From positions 11,126 to 75,125 of the forward strand of contig SVRI01000008.1 in NCBI GenBank assembly GCA_015064895.1: 64,000 bases of DNA, given 5' to 3'. The stretch comes from Oscillospiraceae bacterium (lineage in GTDB: Bacteria > Bacillota > Clostridia > Oscillospirales > CAG-382). Of the stretch, positions 35,502-45,576 are shown in pieces. The notes beneath the pieces are model-generated. The model worked only from the letters and a program-made list of their open reading frames with translations, did no database searches and was not told the origin of the DNA. Within the stretch, counting starts at the first letter, position 1, and the number at the start of each line of letters is the position of its first letter. A program made the translations under genes and the position numbers.

Positions 35502-36785
35502 CTAGTTGTTATACAAAAATGCTTCATCCATGGCAAAGAACTCAAACTGTGCATATTTGCTCACAAGCTGTGCCACGTCGAGAATATAGTAATATGTTTT
35601 ATCCGAGCAGTACACAAGAGCCGTTACATCGGCCGTCGTATTCTTGTCGAATCCGTTTGTTATCTTATCTTTGATTTTTGATGAAATGATATATGCACTT
35701 GCTGTATAGGAAGGTCCGTCACCCGTTTCTACTACAGGTGTAAACACAAGGTATCCTGCATTTTTCACATATGCAAGAAACGTCTCATCGTTCTTTATGC
35801 TCTCGGGCATATCAAAAGGCAAGGTGCACATACGTGTTTTCCTTTTGGACACAAGCTTTAAAGCTTTGTTTGCCGAATCAAGACCTTCAACAAAGCTTTC
35901 GGCATATTCTTCCGCTGTCTCGCCGCTTGCAGATGCTGTTATAAAAACACTGTTTCCGGAATTTCTGAGTCTTCGTACAAATTCGGGCATTGTCAATATT
36001 TCATCTTCCGTAAAAGTAAATGATGCCTTTATATTATAGGAATCCAGCATGTCGGTTATTCTGGTCAAACCCGCGTAACTCATGCCGGCAAAACATATCC
36101 CCACCCTTCGGGCAGCCAATTGAGAAATGGGATCCTGAACCTCGGGCGGACTGACATCAACCGCAGGATTATCATTGCCCGATGGGGACTGATTGTTTGA
36201 TGAACCCGTCTTGTTTTCGTATTCCCTTATATATTCCGCCATCATTTCGCTTAAGGTTTTGCCCGTTTTTCCGTCAGACACCCTGAATGCATATATACCC
36301 TTTGACGGATTATCATAGGTTTCACATTCAAGCCCTAAAACAACCGCTACCGTTCTTGCAGGAACATAGGTTGTATGGTTGAATATGGGTGTCGGCATTT
36401 TTAAAATATCACCGTCATGAGTAGACGCGACACCTTCTGATGTGTTAAAGGAAACGTAATGATTGTTCTTGTTATTTACAAGGAAAAAGCTGCTTTCGGT
36501 ACGTCCGTAATTTACATCGATATACGGATAAAGGATAAACACCGATAAAGGAACATATTCCACACCGCCCTGAACCACAAGAGGAAACTGTCGGATGTTA
36601 CTGTATACACCGTTTTGTCTGAAAAGATTCGGTATTTCATACCCCATCTTTACAGCATTATCACCCATGTTTATATATGAATCAAATTTCGCATCGTTAT
36701 CCTTTGCCGCACCTGTCAGGGAAATACACAAAAAAAGAAGCGTAACAACAAAGAAAAACACAAAATACCTTACATGTTTTTTCAA
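35502..36785 (-). CDS. secreted protein: copper-amine-oxidase-N-like (stalk) domain + polysaccharide-deacetylase-like domain
   Basis: Signal peptide. GVEYVPLSVF / TYVPARTVAVVLG repeats. Lies upstream of, and probably in an operon with, the two-component system. Confidence 0.5.
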   Translation of the reverse strand: MKKHVRYFVFFFVVTLLFLCISLTGAAKDNDAKFDSYINMGDNAVKMGYEIPNLFRQNGVYSNIRQFPLVVQGGVEYVPLSVFILYPYIDVNYGRTESSFFLVNNKNNHYVSFNTSEGVASTHDGDILKMPTPIFNHTTYVPARTVAVVLGLECETYDNPSKGIYAFRVSDGKTGKTLSEMMAEYIREYENKTGSSNNQSPSGNDNPAVDVSPPEVQDPISQLAARRVGICFAGMSYAGLTRITDMLDSYNIKASFTFTEDEILTMPEFVRRLRNSGNSVFITASASGETAEEYAESFVEGLDSANKALKLVSKRKTRMCTLPFDMPESIKNDETFLAYVKNAGYLVFTPVVETGDGPSYTASAYIISSKIKDKITNGFDKNTTADVTALVYCSDKTYYYILDVAQLVSKYAQFEFFAMDEAFLYNN

Positions 36786-36846
36786 AGCCTTACACCTCCT
36801 TAATTGTTTTACGGGAGGGTACTATGACCCTCCCTGAATTGTATGT

Positions 36847-38334
<1,488 letters not shown>

Positions 38335-38378
38335 TTATTTGCAGTTTTGTTTTTTGGTAATAGTATCGTATTTTCCTT

Positions 38379-38407
38379 ATTATACAGCAATTTTTACAAG
38401 TAGTCAA
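38379..38407 (-). promoter_or_regulatory. sigma-70-type promoter for guaB
   Basis: Minus strand reads TTGACT (38407-38402), 17 nt, TATAAT (38384-38379). Confidence 0.55.
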
Positions 38408-38479
38408 GATGTTTTTTATGATAATTTTTAGTTTATACGGAGGTTGTTTTTGTTATTTTTATATGTAAAAGTTATTATT

Positions 38480-38585
38480 TTCTCTGTTCTTTTGTCCCGA
38501 AACAAAAGTACCAAAAAATCTCCACTAACAATAAGGGATGGGCGGCAAGTTGCCGCTGACAAACGTTTTGCCCATTTTGATATAT
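38480..38585. repeat. mosaic repeat fragment (5' part of the long form)
   Basis: gttcttttgt/acaaaagtac hairpin + ccaaaaaatctccactaacaataagggatgggcggcaagttgccgctgacaaac aligns with 26611-26700 and 46735-46815. Confidence 0.7.
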
Positions 38586-38649
38586 TGCGATTGACTTTCA
38601 AGGTTCTGCATGATATAATTTAAGCGAAAAACTTTTTGGGGGCGAAAAA

Positions 38650-39642
38650 ATGATTCAGCCGGTAATATTAAGAGATACAAAAAAGGAAGATTGGCAAAAA
38701 ATACGCGAGACCATGCTTTCCAGAATTATGGAAACCTTCGGAACGTCTCCCGTTCCCCTTTCTCCCGTAAAAAACGATTTTTACGAAGTCGAAAGATATG
38801 AAAATTACGGACTTACACATATAAAAATCCGCTATCACGTCTTTGACGACGAATGGAGCGATGCAATAATTGTTCTGCCCGATAATCTCGACCCGTCAAA
38901 GCCGGTACCCGCTGTTCTTACCATTCACGGCACAAACAATGTAATCGGAAAATACGGTGTACTTGACGTCGACGGAACACCGAGACGTGCTTACGGAATA
39001 GAGCTTGCCAAAAGAGGTTTTGTGACATTCTCGCCCGATCAGTACGGTTTTGGTGAATGTATGAAGGACGAGGAAAACAAAAAAGCCCTTGACGGATTTT
39101 ATGAAAAATATCCCGACTGGTCTCTCAGATGCCGCCGTGTACTCGGTCACATAAGGGCGATTGATGTGCTTATGCAGCTCGACTATGTAAAGAAGGACTC
39201 TATCGGTGCCATTGGAAATTCTCTCGGCGGTGGTTCTGTAATGTACATAACGGCCTTTGATGAAAGGGTAAAATGCTCTGTCCTTTCCACAGGCATAAGT
39301 CCTTATTACTCAAATGTATACAGAGTTATTGACAAGCCTCATAACCAGTACCTTGACCCGCAGGTGTTTGACGTAATCAAGCAGGCAGGCAAAGCACCCT
39401 GGGAGCTTTCGGAAATACTTTCTCTGTGTGCTCCGAGACCCATTCTCTGCCTCGAACCCTTCAACGATCCGTATAATCCTTATGTTGCCGAAACATTTGG
39501 ATGCATTCACTCGGCATGGGAAGTTTACAATCTTCTTGAAGTGCCGGAAAAATGTGCCGCATATATTCACGGCGACGGTCACGATACAGTTGATGAAGTC
39601 AGAGACATGGCATATGACTGGCTTGAAAGATTTTTGAAATAA
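38650..39642 (+). CDS. alpha/beta hydrolase (acetyl-esterase / dienelactone-hydrolase-like)
   Basis: 330 aa. Nucleophile elbow GNSLGG. C-terminal His (HGDGHD). Confidence 0.62.
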   Translation: MIQPVILRDTKKEDWQKIRETMLSRIMETFGTSPVPLSPVKNDFYEVERYENYGLTHIKIRYHVFDDEWSDAIIVLPDNLDPSKPVPAVLTIHGTNNVIGKYGVLDVDGTPRRAYGIELAKRGFVTFSPDQYGFGECMKDEENKKALDGFYEKYPDWSLRCRRVLGHIRAIDVLMQLDYVKKDSIGAIGNSLGGGSVMYITAFDERVKCSVLSTGISPYYSNVYRVIDKPHNQYLDPQVFDVIKQAGKAPWELSEILSLCAPRPILCLEPFNDPYNPYVAETFGCIHSAWEVYNLLEVPEKCAAYIHGDGHDTVDEVRDMAYDWLERFLK

Positions 39643-39649
39643 CTAAATA

Positions 39650-39962
39650 TCACACAAAAAACGTTTGGCCGGTTTTCCGACCAAACGTTTTCTTATTCGG
39701 GCATCCGAGATTTCGTCTGAATTGCGAAACTCATGCCCGAGTTTTTTTGCTTACTTTTCTCTCTATCAAAAGATTTCAAGCGGGACGTCGAGGACGCCGT
39801 CCCCTACGGGAAAATGGATTTTTTCTGAGTTTGACCGCTTGCGTTTATGGCGGTCAAACGGGCTTCCACTCGGGCAACCGATATTCCTCTTTAATTACGA
39901 AATATAGTCCCGAATTATTTTCTCTTTGGAACTTTCTCTTTTTATCAAAGAGAAAGTTCAGC
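39650..39962. repeat. two tandem 3' halves of the mosaic repeat
   Basis: The sequence gtttggccgg/ccgaccaaac hairpin, ttattcgggcatc motif and degenerate terminal hairpin is followed by gagtttgaccgc/gcggtcaaac, ttccactcgggcaac, ttttctctttg and the terminal hairpin gaactttctcttt/aaagagaaagttc. Confidence 0.75.
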
Positions 39963-40322
39963 TATAACCTCAACTTCGCAAAGAACATTCTTGGGAAGTG
40001 TCTTTACTGCAACGCAGCTTCTTGCAGGCTTTGATGTAAAGTACTTGCCGTAAACCTCGTTGAATGCGGCAAAATCGCCCATATCTGCGAGGAAGCAGGT
40101 TGTTTTTACTGCCTTGTCAATACTTGTTCCTGCAGCTTCGAGAACTGCCGAAAGGTTTTTGCAAACCTGTTCTGTCTGCGAAGCGATATCAGTAGCTTCA
40201 ACAGCGTTTGTTTCGGGGTTAATTGCAATCTGTCCCGATGTGAACACTAAGTTTCCTACCTTCATAGCCTGAGTGTAAGGACCGAGTGCTTCGGGTGCGT
40301 TTTTTGTATAAATTTTTTCCAT
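39945..40322 (-). CDS. ridA: RidA-family reactive-intermediate (enamine/imine) deaminase
   Basis: Start at MEKIYT behind AAAGGTGA. YjgF/RidA signature (PARSCVAV...LP....VEVI). Adjacent to the threonine dehydratase gene. Confidence 0.9.
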   Translation of the reverse strand: MEKIYTKNAPEALGPYTQAMKVGNLVFTSGQIAINPETNAVEATDIASQTEQVCKNLSAVLEAAGTSIDKAVKTTCFLADMGDFAAFNEVYGKYFTSKPARSCVAVKTLPKNVLCEVEVIAELSL

Positions 40323-40339
40323 GTTTATCACCTTTTATT

Positions 40340-41542
40340 TTAATAATGTTCCACAATCTTAAAGCCGTAATCTTTAAGAGCCTTTACAATCTCTTCGATA
40401 TGCTGCTGATGCTTTGTTTCAAGAGAAACTCTGAGGAAACAGCCATTGATGTCGGTCGTTTCACTTGCTCTTTCGTGGTGAACACCTGTTACATTACCGC
40501 CGCACTCAGCGATGATTCTCGAAACGTTCTGGAGCTGACCGGGCTTGTCCATAAGCTCAATAACGAGGTTACAAAGTCTTCCCGACTTCATAAGACCACG
40601 CTTAATAACTCTTGAGAGGATTGTAACGTCGATATTACCGCCCGAAACAACGCAGACAACTCTCTTGCCCTTAACGGGTACCTTGTTGTGCATTACCGCA
40701 GCAACCGACACTGCACCTGCACCTTCTGCTACCATCTTATGCTGTTCGATAAGTGCAAGGATTGCAGAGGAAATTTCGTCTTCGGAAACAGTTACGATAT
40801 CATCAACATATTCTGAAACAATCTTAAATGTATTTTCGCCCGGCTGCTTAACCGCAATACCGTCGGCAATTGTCGAAACCTTTTCGAGCTTTTCAATCTT
40901 ACCCGACTTTACCGAGTTGAACATGCTGGGTGCGCCCTGTGCCTGAACACCGTAAATCTTGATTTCCGGCTTTAATGTCTTTGCCGCAAAGGCAATACCC
41001 GAAATAAGTCCGCCGCCGCCGATGGGAACAACAATTGCATCAACATCGTCAAGTTCGTTTAAGATTTCAAGACCGATTGTGCCCTGACCCGCGATAACGT
41101 CGATATTATCAAAGGGATGTACAAAGGTATAACCCTCTTTGTCACGAAGCTCGATTGCCTTATTATAAGCATCGTCATATACACCGGGTACCATGCAAAC
41201 TTCTGCACCGTAGTTCTTGGTTGCTTCAACCTTGGAAATGGGTGCACCGTCAGGAAGGCAGATAAGGCTCTTTATGCCGTACTTTGTTGCGGCAAGAGCA
41301 ACACCCTGAGCGTGGTTTCCCGCAGAGCAGGCAATAACACCGTGGCTCTTTTCTTCGTCGGAGAGCTGGGAAATCATATAACCCGAACCTCTGAGCTTAA
41401 AAGAACCTGTAAGCTGAAGATTTTCGGGCTTCAACCATACATCGGCTTCGGGGTTGAGTTTCTCGGAATGTACAAGGTCTGTGTGTCTGATTACATCCTT
41501 TAGTACAAAGGAAGCGTGGTAGATTTTATCAAGTGTAAGCAT
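40340..41542 (-). CDS. ilvA: threonine ammonia-lyase (PLP-dependent, with C-terminal ACT-like domain)
   Basis: 400 aa. PLP lysine motif LQLTGSFKLRGS and GGGGLISG loop. Confidence 0.88.
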   Translation of the reverse strand: MLTLDKIYHASFVLKDVIRHTDLVHSEKLNPEADVWLKPENLQLTGSFKLRGSGYMISQLSDEEKSHGVIACSAGNHAQGVALAATKYGIKSLICLPDGAPISKVEATKNYGAEVCMVPGVYDDAYNKAIELRDKEGYTFVHPFDNIDVIAGQGTIGLEILNELDDVDAIVVPIGGGGLISGIAFAAKTLKPEIKIYGVQAQGAPSMFNSVKSGKIEKLEKVSTIADGIAVKQPGENTFKIVSEYVDDIVTVSEDEISSAILALIEQHKMVAEGAGAVSVAAVMHNKVPVKGKRVVCVVSGGNIDVTILSRVIKRGLMKSGRLCNLVIELMDKPGQLQNVSRIIAECGGNVTGVHHERASETTDINGCFLRVSLETKHQQHIEEIVKALKDYGFKIVEHY

Positions 41543-41690
41543 ATGCAGTTTACCTCTTATTTCTATCTAAAAAAAGATTATTGCAAAATATTATAACCCC
41601 TAAAAATTAACAATTGGTATACAAATTGTAATTTAGTTTGATAAATTGGTGAAATGTGGGTGGTTTTATATGAATCACGGTAATTATACG

Positions 41691-41722
41691 AAAGCAAAAG
41701 GGAACAGATAGTTTCTGTTCCC
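41691..41722 (-). terminator. intrinsic terminator after 41731-42225
   Basis: gggaacag/ctgttccc stem followed on the minus strand by CTTTTGCTTT. Confidence 0.5.
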
Positions 41723-41730
41723 AATATCAT

Positions 41731-42225
41731 TTATTTACTGTTTATGGCATCAACTATTCGGTCGGTTTGACTACGGGTGTTTGTGTCATCCATTCTGTTT
41801 GAAATAAGCTTGTTGATATTATCTTCAATCATATCAGCTTTTTTCTTTTCAAAAACAAAAAACTCAAATTTCTTTACATCTCCGGAAGTAAGCTTGACTG
41901 TCAAATGGGTTTCAAATGAGGATAAGATGGCATTAACACCAATCAATAACAAAACTAATGTAACGATAAAGCTTTTTGAAATAAGCAATATTCCCAAAAC
42001 AGAAAAAACAATACCAAGCAAGAATCTTCCGAATCTGACTCGATAATTAGATTCTACGGATGAAAGCTGATTAACGGGTAAGGTTGATTTGTGCGAACCC
42101 AGGGGAATAAGTCCAAGCAATGTGTTTGGCGTTTTGATTTTTACAAAATTCTGCTCAAACACAAACTTCCCTTTCAGATAAAATAAAATTAAAGAAGTCA
42201 TAAAACGTATAGTTTCCATATACAT
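41731..42225 (-). CDS. hypothetical membrane protein
   Basis: Start set to ATG 42225 behind AGGAGG. 164 aa with two or three TM helices. Divergent from the XRE gene. Confidence 0.5.
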   Translation of the reverse strand: MYMETIRFMTSLILFYLKGKFVFEQNFVKIKTPNTLLGLIPLGSHKSTLPVNQLSSVESNYRVRFGRFLLGIVFSVLGILLISKSFIVTLVLLLIGVNAILSSFETHLTVKLTSGDVKKFEFFVFEKKKADMIEDNINKLISNRMDDTNTRSQTDRIVDAINSK

Positions 42226-42328
42226 TCCTCCTGAAGTTTGAATTTGTCGAATACCGACAAATTCATTGTATGACAACTTGTCATAATTGTCAAGAGGAAA
42301 ATATGACATAATGTCATTAGGTGATATT

Positions 42329-42541
42329 ATGAAGAACAATTTAAAATCTTTACGTAAAGAAAAGGGGTATACACAAATTGCTTTGCAAATGAAAATAGGC
42401 ATTGAGCAGGCATTACTTTCAAAGTTTGAAAACGGAGAAAGAGTTCCGCCTACAGAAACATTAATTAAACTGGCAGAGTTTTACGATGTCAGCATTGACT
42501 ATATACTTTGTAGAACCGAGAAAAGGGAAGTAAATAAGTAA
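42329..42541 (+). CDS. XRE-family HTH transcriptional regulator
   Basis: 70 aa from MKNNLKSLRKEKGYTQIALQ. A classical Cro/CI HTH. Confidence 0.75.
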   Translation: MKNNLKSLRKEKGYTQIALQMKIGIEQALLSKFENGERVPPTETLIKLAEFYDVSIDYILCRTEKREVNK

Positions 42542-42818
42542 AACGGGCTTGTTTTTTGCAAGTCCGTTTTAAGTTAAATTAATATTTTATGTTTTTCGGG
42601 ATAATATCTTTAGGTGTGGAAGTGCCGGTGTGTAAATCGGTTTCTGAAATGTATTCGTGCATTAAATTGTTAAGGATTTCAAAATGAAAAAAGTTTTACT
42701 TTTCAACGTTAGTATAATTCATTTGATTATTTCTCCACCTTCTTTTCTTAATAAGCAAATAGTTTTTTGACATTTAATCACTTCCTAAGAAGATTATAAC
42801 ATATTTTTTCAACAAAAT

Positions 42819-43035
42819 CAATGCGAAGCATTGTATATCATCAATTCCGCAGGAATTGCATATCATCAAAGCGGAACGCTTTGTATCTCATCAAGCCGAC
42901 AAAAATACACACCTACGGTGTGATGATATGCGCCGCACTTGTGCGGCGATGATATACAGCCCTACTCGGGCTGATGATATACCAAGCCTGTCGGCTTGGA
43001 TAAAAAAAACCAAGTCCTTTAAGACTTGGTTTTTT
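42819..43035. other. structured repeat element abutting the tRNA operon 3' end (copy 1)
   Basis: GTATATCATCA-type motif at 42833, 42858 and 42883 (direct). Its complement is at 42921, 42948 and 42973. Every spacer is a short hairpin. The element ends in the bidirectional terminator ccaagtc/gacttgg (43010-43029). The first 53 nt are identical to 51931-51983. Confidence 0.8.
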
Positions 43036-43111
<76 letters not shown>

Positions 43112-43170
43112 ATATTCAATTGTAAAAAAGCCCTATAACGCACAAAACCGCATTGCTGCGGAATTGTTTT

Positions 43171-43247
43171 TGGCGACTCGGATGGGGCTCGAACCCACGA
43201 CCTCCAGCGTGACAGGCTGGCGTTCTAACCAACTGAACTACCGAGCC
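43171..43247 (-). tRNA. tRNA-Asp (anticodon GTC)
   Basis: Anticodon loop CTGTCAC. CCA encoded. Identical copy at 52473-52549. Confidence 0.9.
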
Positions 43248-43278
43248 AAGTGGTTGAACTTTTATTCAATATAAAAAA

Positions 43279-43354
43279 TGGTGGGGGGTACAGGGCTCGA
43301 ACCTGTGACCCTCTGCTTGTAAGGCAGATGCTCTCCCAGCTGAGCTAACCCCCC
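43279..43354 (-). tRNA. tRNA-Val (anticodon TAC)
   Basis: Anticodon loop CTTACAA. GGGGGGT/ACCCCCC acceptor stem. CCA encoded. Confidence 0.9.
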
Positions 43355-43460
43355 GGGACTCGCACTATGTAAAAAGCTTGATAAAGACTATTGCCTCCAT
43401 CTGCTTTTTACCGGCGTATATAAAAGGTTTCTGAGCAAAACGTCTCTCGCTCCAAACCTA

Positions 43461-43536
43461 TGGAGCGGATTACGGGGCTCGAACCCGCCACCTCGACCTT
43501 GGCAAGGTCGCGCTCTACCAAATGAGCTAAATCCGC
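43461..43536 (-). tRNA. tRNA-Gly (anticodon GCC)
   Basis: Anticodon loop TTGCCAA. CCA encoded. Identical copy at 52373-52448. Confidence 0.9.
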
Positions 43537-43541
43537 AAAAA

Positions 43542-43617
<76 letters not shown>

Positions 43618-43650
43618 AGACACCGCTGACTCTTTCCGTCAGCGTTTAGT

Positions 43651-43679
43651 ATTATAACATAGCAATTTCTGTTTGTCAA
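43651..43679 (-). promoter_or_regulatory. consensus sigma-70 promoter of the five-tRNA operon
   Basis: Minus strand reads TTGACA (43679-43674), 17 nt, TATAAT (43656-43651). Confidence 0.7.
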
Positions 43680-43712
43680 TACCTATTTTTAATTTTTTTG
43701 AAAAAATTTAAT

Positions 43713-44744
43713 TTATACCGAAAATGACGTAAAATCGGCTTTTTCGAGCATTATTTCTCTTATTTTCTCGATATTTTTTACTGAAACTCCCGCCACAATA
43801 AGGAAATTTGTCATTCTTTCTCTCCAATTTTTTCCGTAACCTCTGAGCGTCTTTACCATTGTGGCAAAATCTTCCTCATCACGGTTTTTGACATTTCCCA
43901 GTCCCGAAAGGCTCGTTAGCTCAAAATCCTTCATAAGCGTTTCTTCATCGGCTCCGCAAATTGCCTCGATAGTAAACGCAAGACATCCGGTTCTGTCTGC
44001 ACCGCCCCAGCAATGAAAATAAAAAGGATAATTCTTTTCGTCAGCAAGAAGAGAGAAAATCTTTCTCAGTGCTTCAAAATTTTGCTCCTGTATGTATTCT
44101 GTATAGGCACAAAGCGGCACCTGAACAAGCTCTGTGTCGTCGCCGATGGGGGATTTTTGTGTAAAACCCACAGCTTCCCCTCTCAAATCAAGGTCTGTTT
44201 TTATGCCGAGAACCTCGTGCATAACCTTTTTGCCGTCATCTGTCAGTGACTGATGCATATCAAGCTCCGCACCTCTGTACACAAGCCCCTGCTTTATTCT
44301 GAAGCCGTCCTCTGTCGCATGTCCGCCAAGGTCTCTTACATTTGTAGTACCGTCAAAATTCATAAATCTGGGAACGGTTTCCTCGGTTGAAAATGAGAAA
44401 ACCTCACTTTCCTCCCTGGGGTTTTTCACACGCCAATAATAGGTTGTGCCGATTTCAAAATTATATCCGTCATATCTGTTTCTTGCAACAGCAGACACAA
44501 AAATCTCCGAAAAATCAGCCGTCTTTGAAATTTCAATTATCGATGAAAGGGCATCCTTTGCCTCCCAGCGAAAAGAGATTCTCGACGGTTTTGATGCATC
44601 AAAATAATCGTGATACTGCCATCTGAAGCTCTGAAGGTCAAGCTGTCCCGTCAAATACTTTCTGCCGTCACGTATAAACTCCTTCTGAACAGAGGTCTGC
44701 AACGAAACGCAGGCTCCGTTGCCGGGGTTTTTAAGCTCTATCAT
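43713..44744 (-). CDS. protein-tyrosine/dual-specificity phosphatase-like protein with N-terminal beta-rich domain
   Basis: 343 aa. CX5R active-site loop HCWGGADRTG. Confidence 0.72.
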   Translation of the reverse strand: MIELKNPGNGACVSLQTSVQKEFIRDGRKYLTGQLDLQSFRWQYHDYFDASKPSRISFRWEAKDALSSIIEISKTADFSEIFVSAVARNRYDGYNFEIGTTYYWRVKNPREESEVFSFSTEETVPRFMNFDGTTNVRDLGGHATEDGFRIKQGLVYRGAELDMHQSLTDDGKKVMHEVLGIKTDLDLRGEAVGFTQKSPIGDDTELVQVPLCAYTEYIQEQNFEALRKIFSLLADEKNYPFYFHCWGGADRTGCLAFTIEAICGADEETLMKDFELTSLSGLGNVKNRDEEDFATMVKTLRGYGKNWRERMTNFLIVAGVSVKNIEKIREIMLEKADFTSFSV

Positions 44745-44753
44745 ATTCTCTCC

Positions 44754-45467
44754 TTAAACCTGACAGTTTTCGGCAAAATACTTCATCTGTCCGCATTTAA
44801 CCTTTTGTACAAAGTCAAGCTCGTTTTCAATCGGCTCTTCGGATTCCATTCCCGCAAGTCTGTCAAGACGGGATGCAATATGATTATCCGAACCGGCAAA
44901 CTCGATTAAACCATACTTTTCAGCGTAGAGCTTTGCCATTTGGTTATCAAATGCGCCTCTGCTGGCATTTACCACTTCCGTACCGTGAATACATCTCGGG
45001 AAAAGACGGATATGGTCGATATAAGATGCCTCTCTGAATGGGTGTGCCTGAATGACAAGAGCTCCGTTATCCATAAAAAACTTAAGCTGGTCGGACTTTT
45101 TCATATCCTGAATTTCAGGATGAGAAAGATACCACTCTTTATCAAGTCCGTAAACAAGAAAATCTGTTCCGCCAAAGGTTGTTTCAATACCGAAAAATAC
45201 CTTTATCCCGATTTCCTTTTCGAGTCTTTTTGCCTCTTCATAGTCAGAACAGTAAAATTCTACCATTTCGGCATAGCTCTTGCCTCTTACATCGTGGCAG
45301 ATATTTCCGTCAATAAAATGATTTGTAATAAAAATACCGTCATAGCCCTTTGACTTGTAAAACTCCATGTTTTCTCTCACACTTGCCGATGCACATGCGC
45401 TTACGGGTGAGGTATGCAGATGTGTTTCGTATTTATACAAATTAACCGCCCCTTTTGTAAATTTCAC
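44754..45467 (-). CDS. PHP-domain (histidinol-phosphatase-like) metal-dependent phosphoesterase
   Basis: 237 aa. N-terminal YETHLHTSPVS metal motif. Confidence 0.78.
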   Translation of the reverse strand: MKFTKGAVNLYKYETHLHTSPVSACASASVRENMEFYKSKGYDGIFITNHFIDGNICHDVRGKSYAEMVEFYCSDYEEAKRLEKEIGIKVFFGIETTFGGTDFLVYGLDKEWYLSHPEIQDMKKSDQLKFFMDNGALVIQAHPFREASYIDHIRLFPRCIHGTEVVNASRGAFDNQMAKLYAEKYGLIEFAGSDNHIASRLDRLAGMESEEPIENELDFVQKVKCGQMKYFAENCQV

Positions 45468-45576
45468 TCATATTATATCAAAAGGCAATCATCTTTTCAA
45501 GGTTATATTGACTTTTTCTACATTTAATAATATAATTTTCTCATAATCAATTACAAATTTCCCAGAGGTGATTTAC

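Noticed and set aside
42833-42982. The periodic 25-nt array looked superficially like a mini CRISPR.
   Set aside because: The repeated unit is only 11 nt and occurs in both orientations. The spacers are 14-16-nt perfect hairpins. No cas genes are present.
41731-43035. A possible integrated mobile element or prophage remnant at tRNA-Thr (XRE gene, membrane protein, mini-ORFs, motif array).
   Set aside because: There is no integrase, recombinase or phage structural gene in the window. I could not find a direct repeat of the tRNA 3' end that would mark an att site. This is kept only as a possibility within the tRNA-adjacent element finding.
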